A DNA stretch of 64,000 nt from Eledone cirrhosa (taxonomy: Eukaryota). The position numbers were made by a program, and so were the translations under genes. Below the pieces are notes generated by a model. It was not told the origin of the DNA, made no database searches, and saw only the letters and a program-made list of their open reading frames with translations. This document shows, piece after piece, positions 13,289 through 26,917 of this stretch; positions within the stretch are counted from its first letter, which is position 1; the number at the start of each line of letters is the position of its first letter. Location of the stretch: the NCBI GenBank assembly GCA_964016885.1, contig OZ024741.1:227044001-227108000 (forward strand), written 5' to 3'.

Positions 13289-16200
13289 GTTGCATTTATC
13301 TTGCTTTATGTTCATACGAGTTATCATCAAGTCACAACCAGTGACCTCAAGAGACAACAAGGTCCGCCATGTTCAAGAAAGAACATACATACAAACACAT
13401 GCATCTTTAGGTGTTTAGACTTGTGATAGAATCTTCCTTAGTATATGGCAGTTCCCATTAGTACTATCTTTTGTATTTCTCCTAAACGCGGGTTTCCTGG
13501 GATTTGCGATAAATAATCATTAGACCCCTTAGGTATCATTCCTAGAGCGCCTACAACCACTGGTATTGTTTTAGTTCTCAATTTCCACATTTTTCCAATT
13601 TCTATCTCCAGGTCATTATACTTGCTCAATTTTTCAAATGTTTTTATAGATACATTCTTATCTATTGGAACGGACATATCAATTAGCAGGCATACTCTCT
13701 TTTTAAAGTCCTTCAGTATTATATCAGGTCTATTTGCATCTATTTTTCGGTCTGTTTGGATGCTAAAGTTCCACAAGATTGAGATGTGATCTTTTTCAAG
13801 TATGGGAGGTGGTTGATGCTCCCACCAATGCTTTTGATGGGGCAGGTCAAAATGCTTACACATTACCCAATGTATATATTGTGCAGCTCTGTCGTGCCTG
13901 TTTAGGTATTCGGTTGGAGCTATAGGACTGCACATTGAAATTATATGATCAATGGTCTCTGGTTATTTTTTGAATACACGGCATAATGGGTTGCATCCAT
14001 TTTTTATTATGTTGGCTTGGTAATTTTTTGTTGGCAGACACTGATCTTGTGCTGATATAATCAGTCATTCAGTCTTCGATTTCAGTCCAGAGGATGCCAC
14101 CACTGATGGGTTAAAGTTTTGTTAACATCAGGATTGTTAGCTCTTTCTGGGTATTTTCCATACAGAGCCATTTCTTAGCCAGTTTCTGTAGCAGTTCTTT
14201 CTTTGCAGTTACTTTTACCTGCTTTGCTTTTTCTGTGTTTTCCATTTCAGCAGTAAATGGGACTTCTGAAATTTGTAGTCCATTACTGTATCTTTGTGCA
14301 TCTTTTGTAATGGAGTATGGTCTTTTGATGCTTTCGTGTTTCAAAACGAGTTTGATCATCCAATCATGTGATTCCCTTAGATATGTAGATAATCCAATTG
14401 TTGCAGTTTTCAACGCAATATCTAACTGGATTAACCCACGACCTCCTTCTTTCCTAGGGAGATATATTCTATCTGTATCTGCCTTAGGGTGATGCATTCT
14501 GTGCATGGTTAAGAATTTTCTAATTTTTGTATCGAGCCTACGGATCTCTGTGCTTGACCAGTTGATGACATTGTAACTGTAGGTTACTACTGGTATGGCA
14601 AGCGTGTTTATGGCATCGATCCTATTCCTTGCATTCAATTCCGTTCTTAAGATAGCTCTTACTCTGCGGTAACATTCGTTCCTTATCCTTTCCCTCATTG
14701 TCGAGTGCTTGATTCCGTCTCCTTCACAAACACCTAGATATTTGTAACTTTCCTCTTGATCAAGTTCTCTTATCACATTCCCCCGATCAAGATTAATGTC
14801 TGAACTTTTCAGCAGCTTTCCTCTGGTGAACGTTGCTTTGGCGCATTTATCTAGGCCAAACTCCATTTTAATGTCATCACTGAACTGCTCCACAGTGGAT
14901 AATAGCCCTTGCAATTGTTCATTATTTTTTGCAAATAGTTTCAGGTCATCCATGTAGAACAGGTGATTAATGGTTTTGTCATTGACTTTATATCAATGTT
15001 TTGTTTCATTGAGCATTTTACTTAATGGTATAAGTGCGATGCAGAATAAAAGCGGTGATAAAGAGTCACCCTGAAAAATTCCACAATTAATATTAACTTC
15101 TCCAGCTTCCAGTGATTTTTTTCACTATTCAAAATGAGTGTCGTTTTCCATGTCTTCATACTGAATGACAGGAACCTCCTGACAACGGGAGATATTTTGA
15201 AAATCTCTAAACATTTTTCAATCCAACTGTGTGACAAACTATCGAATGCTTTTTTATAATATCTCCAAGCAATTGATAGATTTATTTTTGTGTCTATTAT
15301 GACAATCTTCCAGTATCATTTTGTTAACCAAAAGCTGATCTTTACGGTCATATGAGCCTCGTTTACAACCTTTCTGCTCATTGGGAAATAGGTCATTGTT
15401 ATCAGGTGGTCATATGTATATTCAGTTAGGACTGATGTTAAAATTTTATATATTGTGGTCAAGCAAGTTATCGGTCTGTAATTTTGGGGATTGTTTGTCT
15501 CATCATTCTTCGGAAACAGGAATGTAATGCCGTTAACTAACCATGATGGTATCTTTTCTGGCTCCTTAACTATTTCATTGTAAAATTGGGCTAACAGCTC
15601 ATGAGACTCTGTGAAGGCATTTATCCAAAAATTTAATATTTTGTCTTTTCCTGGGGATTTCCATTTGCTGGTTTTTCTAAGAGCTAAACGCAACTGTTCA
15701 ACTGTTATATTTTCCCATATTTGTTCCTCAAAGTGAGCTGTATCTTTCAGTTGTCTGTCTATCCATGGAGCATGTATATTATGAACTTTTTCTTCGGCCC
15801 AGATCTTTTCCCAGAATTCTTGCACTTCCTCCTTGGGTGGTATTGATTTAGCAGTTATTGTTGACTTGCCAATTTTTCTGTAGAAGTTTCTTTGGTTGTT
15901 TTTGAACATATTATTGTCCTTATAGAATCTAGATCGTTTTTCAAAGCGCCTTATACGAGCAGCTTTGGCCGACACTTTTGGCTTGATTATTTCTATCAGC
16001 ATGTCTATGTCACTTGTTGATTTTATACTGTATTTTCTTTTCAATTTTCTAAGTTTAGTTTGTTTAATATGTTCACCTACTTTGTAGTTTGTTAAACTTT
16101 CTATGTCACATCGGAGAAGGTTTATTTGGCGATTGATGTTCTCTTGCCAAGTAGATTTCTTGTGGGAATTCCTTTGCTTTTTTTCATTTTCACTCCACAT

Positions 16201-17240
16201 AAGTGAGTGGTGATTTTAGCCGATGCATAATAGAGAGGATTTAAATCAGTAATGTTTAGTTTGTTTGTGATGATAATGTTTTTGAGAATTATGTTAGTCT
16301 TGTGTATTATCTTTTGGTTCTGTTTGGAGTTCTGGATCTTAGGGAGGGTGTCTCGTTCACCCATGTCAGATTCTTTCATTTTTCTCCATTCGATCATAAT
16401 TTCATCCTTCAAGTTGGCAAGTTCATTCTCATTCATTTCTTTATCATTTACGATCTCATTGTTTTCATTTTGAGTTTAATCTTGAGCATGCACTCCCTCC
16501 ACTTTTTCGATCCTTTCTTTAATTTGTTCTGTTGTCAGTGATTCCGCCCCAACCCTGGGATCCGAAGTGTTACAATTTACCTCCTTTTCACTGACAGATG
16601 TTTCATTTTCCCTTCGCTGACTTTGTGCTAATTGCTTGATCTGGTCAATTTCTAAATCATTTAGTATCTTTTTTTTAACAATATTTCTTCGTATATTGGC
16701 TAGTTCATTACTGTCAATATAGCCTCTGTTTTCGGGATGTTTCTTTTTCCAGTTGATATATGTCTGTTCTGTATTCGATCTATTTGATGGGTAGTACATG
16801 GCAGTGTAGAAAACCTCAAGGACTTCTTTATTGTCTTCCCTTGACCATTTTTCTCTCTTTTTCTTTGGATTTCTTGGTGGTGAGCATGGAGGGCCAACAG
16901 TAGGAGTATTCCGGTTATGGGAGGTCTCCAGCTCCGAAGTGATGGGAAGGTTTGAACCATTAGCTGATTTTTCGACCCCAATCTGGTTCCTCTCTGAGGG
17001 ACGCGGCCCTTTTTGACCCGGGTGACGGCCGATCCGGTATGAGATTTTATCATTTGACATTTACTTTATTTTGTCGCGTTTTATCCTTAACCGCCAAGGA
17101 GTAATCATTTCGTGTTACCACTTCTAGGACGAGTGTCAACCAAGACTAGAGGGGTCGTCCTCCCCTAGAGACACGGCTATTCCCCGCCGACCGCCATCCC
17201 GGTATTTCTTGATGACGGGGTTTTCTTTTTTGTCGTTGTT
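13288..17240 (-). mobile_element. R4/Dong-type RLE retrotransposon B (decayed, divergent from A)
   Basis: ORF pieces 16476-17060, 15316-16200, 14111-14953, 13438-13935 with NYRPITCL, HLFYMDD, RHD, NRPDIIL, PVVVGALG. Confidence 0.9.
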
Positions 17241-17255
17241 TTTTATTATTATTAT

Positions 17256-18172
17256 CATGAGTGGTTCCTTAATGTGAGCATTGCGTGGCTTAAGAATTAA
17301 ATTATTATTAATAATATAATACACTTTTTGCTGAAGTTGCCTGTTATTGTTGTTGGCTATGTCGGTGGTGGTGCTGGGGCTTTTTCTATTGTTGGTGGGG
17401 AAGGGGGGATCCAGCAGTGCCATAGTCGTTGACGTTTGACCGAGTCACTAAGTCAGTCTATTTATATCTTTTGCTAGCCTCTCCCTTGGCTAGTGATACC
17501 GTCACCTTCCCCTTTCTTAAGTTAACAGAAGGTAGTGGGGGAATAGTGGTGGTAGCAATGAAGGAGTGGTGGCGGCGGTGATGGGATAGCGGTATCAATG
17601 ATGGAGTGGTGGCGGCGGTGACTATAGTGATGGCGTTGTCGTTACTGAGTTTTGTTGAATAGACTGTAGTAGTATGCGTTTGTTTGATCGGTGTATCTAT
17701 GTGGTTTGTCGCGTATGTTTAATAAATGAGTTGACATATTTCCTTAATATTTGAATTAAACATTTTGAGAAAACTCGAGATACAATAATAGTAATTATTA
17801 TTATTATGCTGGGATTGGTGGTGGTGAAATTGCCGTTATCTGGCTGTTGTATGTAGTGTACACAGAGGGGTGATGTGATAGGTGGTGTATCTAGTTTGTG
17901 GTGTTAGTGAAATTGTTGTTATTTGACAGAGGGGGGTTTCTTCCATTTATAACCATTTTCTTTTTTGAATATAAAATTTATAATACAAAATTGAATATTT
18001 GAGCGATATAACAGGATATTATGGATCCGAATTTTCTGAGAGCTGAGTCTGGTGCTTTATGTCTCATTTGTACTAAGAATTGTTATATCACAATTGTTTT
18101 AAATATGTTAAAAATCAAAAACTTACGGGAGCGATTTCATAACATTCTATCCACCACGTGCGTCTTCTTCCC
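17256..18172 (-). mobile_element. Orphan 5' end of an L1/Tx1-like element (X-B)
   Basis: 18073-18172 matches 13125-13222 and 17437-17600 matches 12720-12870; bounded by (TAA)n. Confidence 0.55.
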
Positions 18173-18200
18173 TTATTATTATTATTATTATTATTATTAT

Positions 18201-21200
18201 CATTGGTCTAAGCGGATGTATTTTGCTCGCTCCGAGTAAGTCGCTTTATTTGCCTGTTAAAATTATTTGTTGTTAAATATTTCTTGTTGTGAAAGGGATA
18301 TAAGCTCTTAGACCTTGCCCTGTGAAGGGGAAAGTATAATATTAGGGCTTTTTGGCCCAAATATTTGAATTTTTTTTACATGTTAGAACATTTACGGAGA
18401 AAAAAAAACATGGCTGAGCCACGCCCCCCAGCGATATGTCTGCTGTCGTGCGACAACGACGTGGAAGTTGAGAAGAGCGCGACAGCGAAATTAACACAAA
18501 TTGATAACACAAACACCACCTCAAACAATGTAAACAAAGACACCAATGATACCAATGAGAACTCTAATTTTGAAAAAAATGACAATAACAGCGACAACGA
18601 AAATACAGATAACAAAAAAAAATAACAAATACAACAACAATATCAACACCACTAACATGAAAACAAATAGCGACAACACCAACAGCAACAATACCAACTG
18701 CACCGAAAACAACGGTGGCAACAAAGACAACAATGATAACAGCGACAGTGCTAACAACAACACCAACAATGATAACAGCGACAGTGCTAACAACAACACC
18801 AACAAGAACAACGACAACGACCACAACACCCCCAACGAAAACAAGAAGAACACTTTCGCTGCGGCAGCAGCAAAAAAGAGGCCATGCTTCAACATGGACC
18901 TCTCAAACAATGATGAAAAGTTGGCCCAGGCATGGAAGCTCATCAAGCAAGAGCAAGCCTGGGCCAACTTAACTGTCCCGGTAGAAGCTATTGAGGCAGT
19001 GGAGCGCAGAACGGTGCATTATAGATGCATCTCAGCACAAACCAAAAGGGCAGCTTTAATCCCACAAGAAGATGTCGAAGTCGCGCTGAGGTGCATCAGA
19101 GAAGACACCGAATACATAGAGAGGGGCAGACAGTACGGCATCATTTCGGTGTTGTTCAAGTCAGAAGCCCTCGCTATGAAACACGCTATGACTCCTTGCA
19201 AAACCAGCAAGGTCATAATGTACCCCTCACACATGGGGAAAAGAACGGCCCGTCTCCGCATTCCCAGAATCCCACCAGGACTTGACATGTGGTGGCTTCT
19301 GGGATGTGTGATTGTGGAGGGGACGGATACCGTCCCTATAGAAGTTACCAGAACGGCCAGAGAGGACTGGTCCGGGGTTGACCTGGAGATACTTCTCCAG
19401 ATCAGGCCCGAGAATGTGAAGACAATCCCAGACCACATCCGCCTTCAGAATGGGACGGTCATTCACATTATAACCGAAGGCAAAAGGCCGTAGTGTTTTG
19501 TTTGTGGGGAAAAAACCCATTTGCGAGCCTTCTGCCCTCAACTGCTAAAAGAGGCAAGGGGTCGAAAGGCTCCACTGCTGCCGATGCCGGGGCGAGGACC
19601 ACAACCAACACCAGCACCAGAAAAACCACCAACAACAACACCAATAGAAAGACCACCACCAACATTGACCACCCAGGGGGAAACGAGGAAAGCTGTCAAA
19701 TTCCCCCTCCCCCAAAAATACACACACCAATAAAACCATAAACATACATACAGACACACTTACAGACACAGACCCCTCATCTACCAGTAGTGAAGATGAG
19801 GGAAAACCAAAATCCCCCAAAATACAAAAAAAGGAAACACAAAAAGAAAAAAAAACTCAACAAAGCACAAAATCACCCACAATAAAAAACGCAGACACCA
19901 CTCACGCAAACATCTCTCCAATAACACCAACATCAACGCCACCATCACCATCACCAGAATCCCCCAAACAACCTAAACAGACGCAAGAACAAATATACAC
20001 ACAAACATCTGAAACCACAGATACCGCACTCACAACAAACACCGATACAACCGAAACAACACCACCAAAACCATCACCACCACAGTCACGCAAACAAATA
20101 AAATCACACCAACAAAACATACAAAATTTCGTGCTCGTCAGGAGAGCCAACAAGGAACTGATGGCCCTCGTAGCACGAAGTGGAAATATACAAAAAGAGG
20201 GGGAAATTTTTAAAACGAGCACATTTCGCGTGCAGGAAGATTTGGTTCTGGTGCGAATGTCGCTCGACATATTCAAAGAAATACGAGACAGCTTTCCTCG
20301 GGACGTGGGAACCCCGAACGTAAAACCCACTTCAAGACTTTTAAAGGGGTTCCCAAAAGAAACCCCACCAACTATGGAAGTCGAACAACCCGACCTTCAC
20401 AAGAGCCCGGAAGGTAAGTAAACCTTCCTCTCTCTCTCTGTTTAACCTGCCAATATGGCCGTATTAAGAGTAGGATGTTTAAATGTTCGAGGCCTGGGAT
20501 CGTACTGGAAGCAGGGTCACCTGCTCAACGACCTCAGGTCTATAGAAAGGGATGTAATTGCAGTCAGCGAGATCAGGATTTCCGACACGCGCGCACTAGC
20601 CCCCATTTTCGATAACTATCAGATCTTTGCATCTGTTAGCCGGCCGGGAATGGGAGGCGGGATGGCGGTGCTGTTTAGGAAAGGCCTGGATCTCGAGGTA
20701 AGGTCGATCTTCCGGGACCCGGACGGGAAGTTGGTGGTCCTGGACGTGAACAATAACGAAGGTGGTACCTTTAGACTGGTGTCCGTCTATGCTCCTACTG
20801 GGGCAGGACGGTCGGACTTCTTTAGACGCCTGGAAGCCTTTCTGGGTACGTCTCGCCCTTTACTGTTAGCGGGGGACTGGAACGGCATCTTAGACGCATG
20901 CTGGGACTGTGTGGGAGTATCTGATAGGAGCGGGGGGGGGTGTTAAAAAGCCTCAAGAACCTGATCAGCCAGTTCCAACTCTCTGACAGGTACCGACTAG
21001 ATTTCCCTAATGCGCCAGTGTGGACCTGGGCTAACCGCATAGGGTCATCTAGATCGTATATAGACAGGATATTCATTAGGAAAATAGACAGAAATAGTGT
21101 AAGCTGTCCACGTTTTGAAACGGTCGCCTATTCAGATCACGAGTTTGTGATCTGTATGGTCGACCTAGATAAGACGTGTAGGTTAGGACCTGGTTACTGA

Positions 21201-21530
21201 AAGCTAAACATGTCATTTCCGGCACGTAAGGCTTACAGGGACCAGGTCAACAATTTAGTTAAGAAAAAGTTGACAGGGGGAGTCGTCAACAATAGATGGT
21301 GGGGGGCTCTCAAATGAGAGATTAGAGTAATGTCGATAGACTTTAGCAAAGAAGTAGCGCTAGAGAAAAATAGAAAGGAGGGGGAGTTAGTAGATAAGTT
21401 AGACGAGGCTATTGGTAGTGGCATTGCAACTGACGTGCTAGAGGCGAGAATGGCATTAGACCATTTCTTCAATGCGAAACACGAAGGTTGCATTGTCAGA
21501 GCTAAGACGCGTGCTCTGAGAAACGCGGGT
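18201..21530 (+). mobile_element. Tx1/L1-clade LINE copy 2, 3'-truncated
   Basis: Starts after (TTA)n; ORF1 18410-20421 with CFVCGEKTHLRAFC knuckle; ORF2 from ATG 20455. Confidence 0.9.
20455..21530 (+). pseudogene. ORF2 APE endonuclease and linker, disrupted
   Basis: CLNVRGL, VIAVSE, LAGDWN, YIDRIF, YSDH; collinear with 3745-4810. Confidence 0.9.
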
Positions 21531-22215
21531 AGCACGAATACTGAGAAGAGGATTATTATGAACCAGATGCGTTGGGTTGGTCATGAAGTTAGGATGAAAG
21601 ATGGAAGGCTACCAAAACAGTTATTTTATGGGGAACTGTTTAGGGATATTATGGGAGCGGTTTAGAGATATTATAAAAGACAATCTTAAAGCTCTGAAGA
21701 TTGATATGGAGAACTGATATGGGGAATGATCATCAGTTATGGATGTGATGTCTTTAAGGAAAAACGAGTGAAGCATGCTGTTTTGAAACATTTACACCGT
21801 AAGCGAAAACCAAGTACAATGCTTGCAAAAATCCAGCAGGAATTGAGGTGCAATGTGTAGACGACTTCAAGAGCTGTATTTGTCAACTACCAAAAGTCAC
21901 ACAAGCCAGTGAGAAATCGGGCCACATGTGAAATAGATCTACCACCACACACTCCACGGTACATTTGCAATGAGTATAGCTTAATTTGCAAGTCAGCTGG
22001 TGAACTGACCAGACAACGTAGAATGCATAAAGACACACCCCAGCCGGTAATACCAGGAGAGACAGTTCAAGTGTCAAGTCTGTGAACGTGCTTGCGAATC
22101 AAAAGCTGGTCTGAAAAGTCACCTGCATGCACATGGTCGTGTAATGTTCAATGAAGGGGTGGTATTCCTCTGGCAAGAATTAGCAATCAACGTGTATGTA
22201 TGAATGTATGTATGT
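21531..22215 (+). mobile_element. RTE-clade LINE 3' fragment with C2H2 remnants and (GTAT)n tail
   Basis: QMRWVGHEVRMKDGRLPKQLFYGEL; CQVCERACESKAGLKSHLHAH. Confidence 0.8.
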
Positions 22216-22239
22216 ATGTTTCTCTTTCTCTTAATTTCG

Positions 22240-22596
22240 AGTACATTTTTGACCGGCCACCTCCCTGGTGGCAAGGATGTAAAAGAAAGGAAATTGTCAT
22301 CCCTTGAATCGCAAGAATGTTTTGCAAATTTTTGAGGTGCCAGGTATCGCGGCCATTTGTAGTCTATGAATTAGGGAGCTGCGCTCTTTGTCCACAAATT
22401 CTAATTCATTTATACTTCGGTCCTAGCGGGGGGTGTATAACCTGCAGCTCCAATAATGATGGGCATGAAACTGAATGTATATCTTAGATACTGGATCTAC
22501 AAACTCCTTATCAATGGTCCGTAGATGTCCTCCTTCTCTTGTATTTTTCTTACAACGTTGACATCAAGTGGGCAGCTGATCTCTACAACAGAGCAC
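22240..22596 (-). mobile_element. RLE endonuclease 3' fragment
   Basis: Minus strand VVEISCPLD..EKEDIYG..FMPIIIGAAG; homologous to 28105-28380. Confidence 0.7.
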
Positions 22597-22920
22597 GTAT
22601 GTATGTATGTATGTATGTATGTATGTATGTATGTATGTATGTATGTATGTATGTATGTATGTATGTGTATACATACATAATTGCTATGTTCTCATTTAAA
22701 ACATAGCGGCGAACCACATTTAAAGACAAAGTACTCAATACATAATACTGAGGGGTATACAATATATTTATTAAATTATTGACGCGTGCATGACTAGTTG
22801 TGTCGGTACTCTCGTACCGCTTCTGAACGCCGAGACAGAGGTAAACAGAAAGTCAAGCAAGAGCATTAATATCATAACTGTAAGTATATATATGTGTGTG
22901 TGTGTGTGTGTGTGAACATA

Positions 22921-23003
22921 TTGGGGTCATCAAATATCAAATTTGTAGAAATTTGTAGAAAAAAAAAAACAAATTTCTACATATTTCATACTTGACGACC
23001 TAA
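22921..23003. mobile_element. About 83-bp Tc1/mariner-type MITE
   Basis: Imperfect inverted arms (TT(A/G)GGTC..GTAGAAATTTG) flanked by TA on both sides. Confidence 0.55.
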
Positions 23004-23319
23004 TATATACTGTATATATGTATATGTGTGTGTGTGTCTGCGTGCACGTGCGTGTGCATGTGTGAATATATATGCGTGTGTGTGTATATGTATAACCACG
23101 CAATCATACGGAAGCACACCATTAAATTCCTACACATAAAGCTGCAACTATAATTATTTTGTGACTTGAAATCTTTGCTAATTTAAAAAGTGTAGACAAT
23201 CATTACGGTAATACAGACGCCATAGTTCTGAACTAGAATTTCAGAAATCAATGAATACATCTACTCCGTTAAATTACTTTCATTACCTCCTCCTTCTTAA
23301 TTATATTTTATTGAAATAC

Positions 23320-24540
23320 ATCACACACAAACATACATATACAGACATACACACACAGAGACAGACACAGACACACACATACACACACATATACACACAC
23401 ACAGAGAGAAACACACACACATACACACACAAATACTCACACACAAACAGACATATACAGACATACACACACAGAGACAGACACAGACACACACATACAC
23501 ACATATACACACACAGAGAGAGAAACACACACACATACACACACAAATACTCACACACAAACAGACACACTTGCAAACACAGAGACACGCACACATATAC
23601 ACACACAAATACACAAACACACACACACAGAAACAGACACACTTACACACACAGAGACACACACACATATACACACACAAATACACATTCACATACATAC
23701 ACACACATACATACATACACAAACACACACACAAACACACACACACAAACACACAAACATACACACACAAACAAACACAAACATATATACACACAAATAC
23801 ACAAACACACACACACAGAAACAGACACACTTACACACACAGAGACACACACACATATACACACACAAATACACATTCACATACATACACACACATACAT
23901 ACATACACAAACACACACACAAACACACACACACAAACACACAAACATACACACACAAACAAACACAAGCATATATACACACAAATACACACACACACGC
24001 ACAAACAAACACACACACACAAACACACAAACATACACACACAAAGACACACACAAAGACTCACACACAAACAAACACACACATAAATACACACAAATAC
24101 ACACACACACACGCAGACACACACAATCACACACTCACACACACAATCACACACACAATCACAAACACACACACACATACACACGCGCGCGCGCACATAC
24201 ACACACAAACACACATAAACACAAACACACATAGAGACACACACACACATACACACACAAACACATATACATACAGACACACACACATATACACACATAC
24301 ACAAACCCACAAGCACAAACACACACACACAAACACACACAGACACACACACAAGCACACACAAGCACACACAGACAAACAAACACACACACACAAACAC
24401 ACACAAGCACACACAGACAAACACACACACACACACAGACACACACGCACACACACACACACAGACACGCACGCACACACAGACACATACACACACACAT
24501 ACATACACACATATGCACACACATACAAACACACACGCAA
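23320..24540. repeat. Compound (CA)n-rich microsatellite with higher-order block duplications
   Basis: Blocks of about 110 and about 190 bp are repeated; overlapping His/Thr and Cys/Val ORFs are artefacts. Confidence 0.9.
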
Positions 24541-24639
24541 TATCTAGCCTGCAGATATGCACATATACACATATATGTATGTGCGTGTGCGAATGTGCGA
24601 GTATGCGCGTATATAGGTTAGCTGTTAACTCACGCAACC

Positions 24640-24950
24640 ATCCATATATACACTACTTCTTCGAATTGAAAAATCACAGCTCTGGTACTATGGGCATGTG
24701 GTTAGAATGTCTCAGAAAATAATCGCTGGACGGATTAAGTAGCTCTCAGATCAGAGACTCACTCCACGTAGAGCCGCTACTTCTCCGAATATAGACCACA
24801 GCTCCGATACTATGGGCATGGGGTTAGCTTGTCTCAAGAAAGAATCGCTGGACAGATTTTGCGGGCAAAACCAGCCAGCAGGAAACCCAGGAGTAGACTC
24901 TGAGAAAAATGGTTGGATAACATCCAAGAGCTTGGCTGGTCTCAGTTGGG
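24640..24950 (+). mobile_element. Degenerate LINE C-terminal fragment with internal duplication
   Basis: 'cacagctc..tactatgggcatg..ttag..tgtctca.gaa..aatcgctggac' occurs twice (QLRYYGH-like). Confidence 0.5.
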
Positions 24951-25371
24951 GACATTTGTTTCTGACAGGACTCGCTAGAATGCAGGCTTAACGTCCAAAC
25001 AACGAATAAAATTGTTATTAATGTCTGCAAATCCTCTCTCTTCCAACTTCTCTTTTCACTTTTTACTGCCTTATCAATATGTTGGGCCTCGTCTATATCT
25101 CTTCTTTCAGTTACTACACATTGGTTTGTAACATATTTTATCTTATTTGTAAATAGACGAAAGACTATTCGTCTTGTCTTGTGTCCATTTGTTACTGTCC
25201 TTTGTGCACTGGAGCTAGTTGTATCGGTCTTAAAGCAACGAAATAACGTATCTTCAGCGATCAACTGTGTATATATGTATGTAAAAGGTAAACCAAAGGA
25301 AATAACAACACAATCGGTACAGTATATGGAAGGAATATATTAAGTTAACGCTTGAAATAGCAGGAAGGGGG

Positions 25372-25407
25372 TCTTAACGTTTCAGACGCTGGTCATTCAT
25401 CATAAGA
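25372..25407 (-). ncRNA. Degenerate minimal type-I hammerhead (PLE-type)
   Basis: tctt-ATGATGA-atgaccagcgtct-GAAA-cg-TT-aaga; position 3 deviates from C. Confidence 0.5.
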
Positions 25408-25710
25408 AAGAATGAGAAATTAGAAAGATTAATGGGATGGGTGGGGTAGTATTGAAAAAAAATGTTTTAGAAAAAATAACAGATCCATTCATGTTGCCAT
25501 CTCTTATTACACACACACACACACACACACCTGAAGGCGGCCGACCGAACTAGAAACTGCTAAATGTATGGCCGCCTTCTTGTCTCTCTGTCTTTTCAGC
25601 CCCATGGATTATATTCCTTTGTTAAATTTCGAATACTTGAACCCGGTCATTGAAATGTTCATAGTATAATAAACCTTTAAGGAATTACACCAGTGCAGCC
25701 TCCTGTTATT

Positions 25711-25797
<87 letters not shown>

Positions 25798-26303
25798 TCA
25801 CATAGATTTGATTTAATTTAAATAAAACTGATTTATAAGAAGGACAGGTTAATGTACAATTAGAGGAAATGTGAGGTCAAATTAATAGAAATGAAACTCT
25901 AGAAAAATTATTAATAATCAAAGACACCTAATCAAATAAAGACGTGTAATTTGAAAGGATATTCACTCCACCACACGTACACACAAGCGTGCACTCACGC
26001 ATGCACACACACACACGCTCGCAGGCATATACATATATTCATAAACACATACATACACACATACATAAATATACATACATATACACATACATAGATACAT
26101 ACATACATATATAGCCACATAGATACATACATACACACATACATACATACATACATACATACATACATACATACATACACACACATACATAGGTACATAC
26201 ATACATATATTCACATACATACATATACACATACATACATAGATGCATACATACACACATACATATACACACATATATACATAACAAACACATACATACA
26301 TAC

Positions 26304-26343
26304 ATGATGGCTGCCCCCTCGTTATCGAGTATGGCCATTGCAC
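26304..26343 (-). mobile_element. Extreme 3' end of an RTE-like LINE with (GTAT)n tail; also at 52478-52515, 59986-60025, 60431-60468
   Basis: Four near-identical copies of atggctgccccctcgttatcgagtatggccattgca, each abutting (ATAC)n. Confidence 0.7.
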
Positions 26344-26440
26344 GAGAAGGAAAAAAAAAAAAAAATAAATAAATAAAAAAAAATAAAAAAATAAAAAATA
26401 AATAAAAATAAATAATAATAATAATAATAATAATAATAAT

Positions 26441-26626
26441 TGTTTCTAATTTAGGCACAAGGCCAGCAATTATCCAGTGCCTTACTGGTACATTATTTTA
26501 TCGCCCCCGTAAGGATGAAAGGCAAAGTCAACCTAGGCGGGATTTGAACTCAGATCGTAAAGGGACGTAACTATGCTGGAAAGCATGGCGTCCGACCCTC
26601 TACCGATACTACCAATCCACCGCCCT

Positions 26627-26628
<2 letters not shown>
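26441..26628 (-). mobile_element. Meta-like tRNA SINE; further minus-strand copies at 34025-34160, 49575-49660, 52530-52716, 54620-54785
   Basis: Reverse complement of the 1375-1584 family; (ATT)n tail. Confidence 0.85.
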
Positions 26629-26692
<64 letters not shown>

Positions 26693-26917
26693 AAAAAAAA
26701 AGAAATATATATATATATATATATATACATACATACATATATACATACACACACACACACACATACACACACATACATTAATAACAATAATAATTATAAT
26801 AATAATAATAATAATAGCAATAATAATAATAACGACAACAACAATAATAATATACATATTCATATATATATACACACACACGCACACACATAAGCATATC
26901 TACACACACACACACGA

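Noticed and set aside
17061-17215. HDV-like ribozyme in the Dong B 5'UTR
   Set aside because: GC-rich with hairpins, but I could not identify the P1/P3/P1.1 pattern by eye
23251-24637. Long His/Thr and Cys/Val ORFs (also the many YI/CV-repeat ORFs elsewhere)
   Set aside because: Translations of (CA)n, (TA)n and (ATAC)n microsatellites
24824-25264. 146-aa minus-strand ORF as a host exon
   Set aside because: No recognisable domain; overlaps LINE debris
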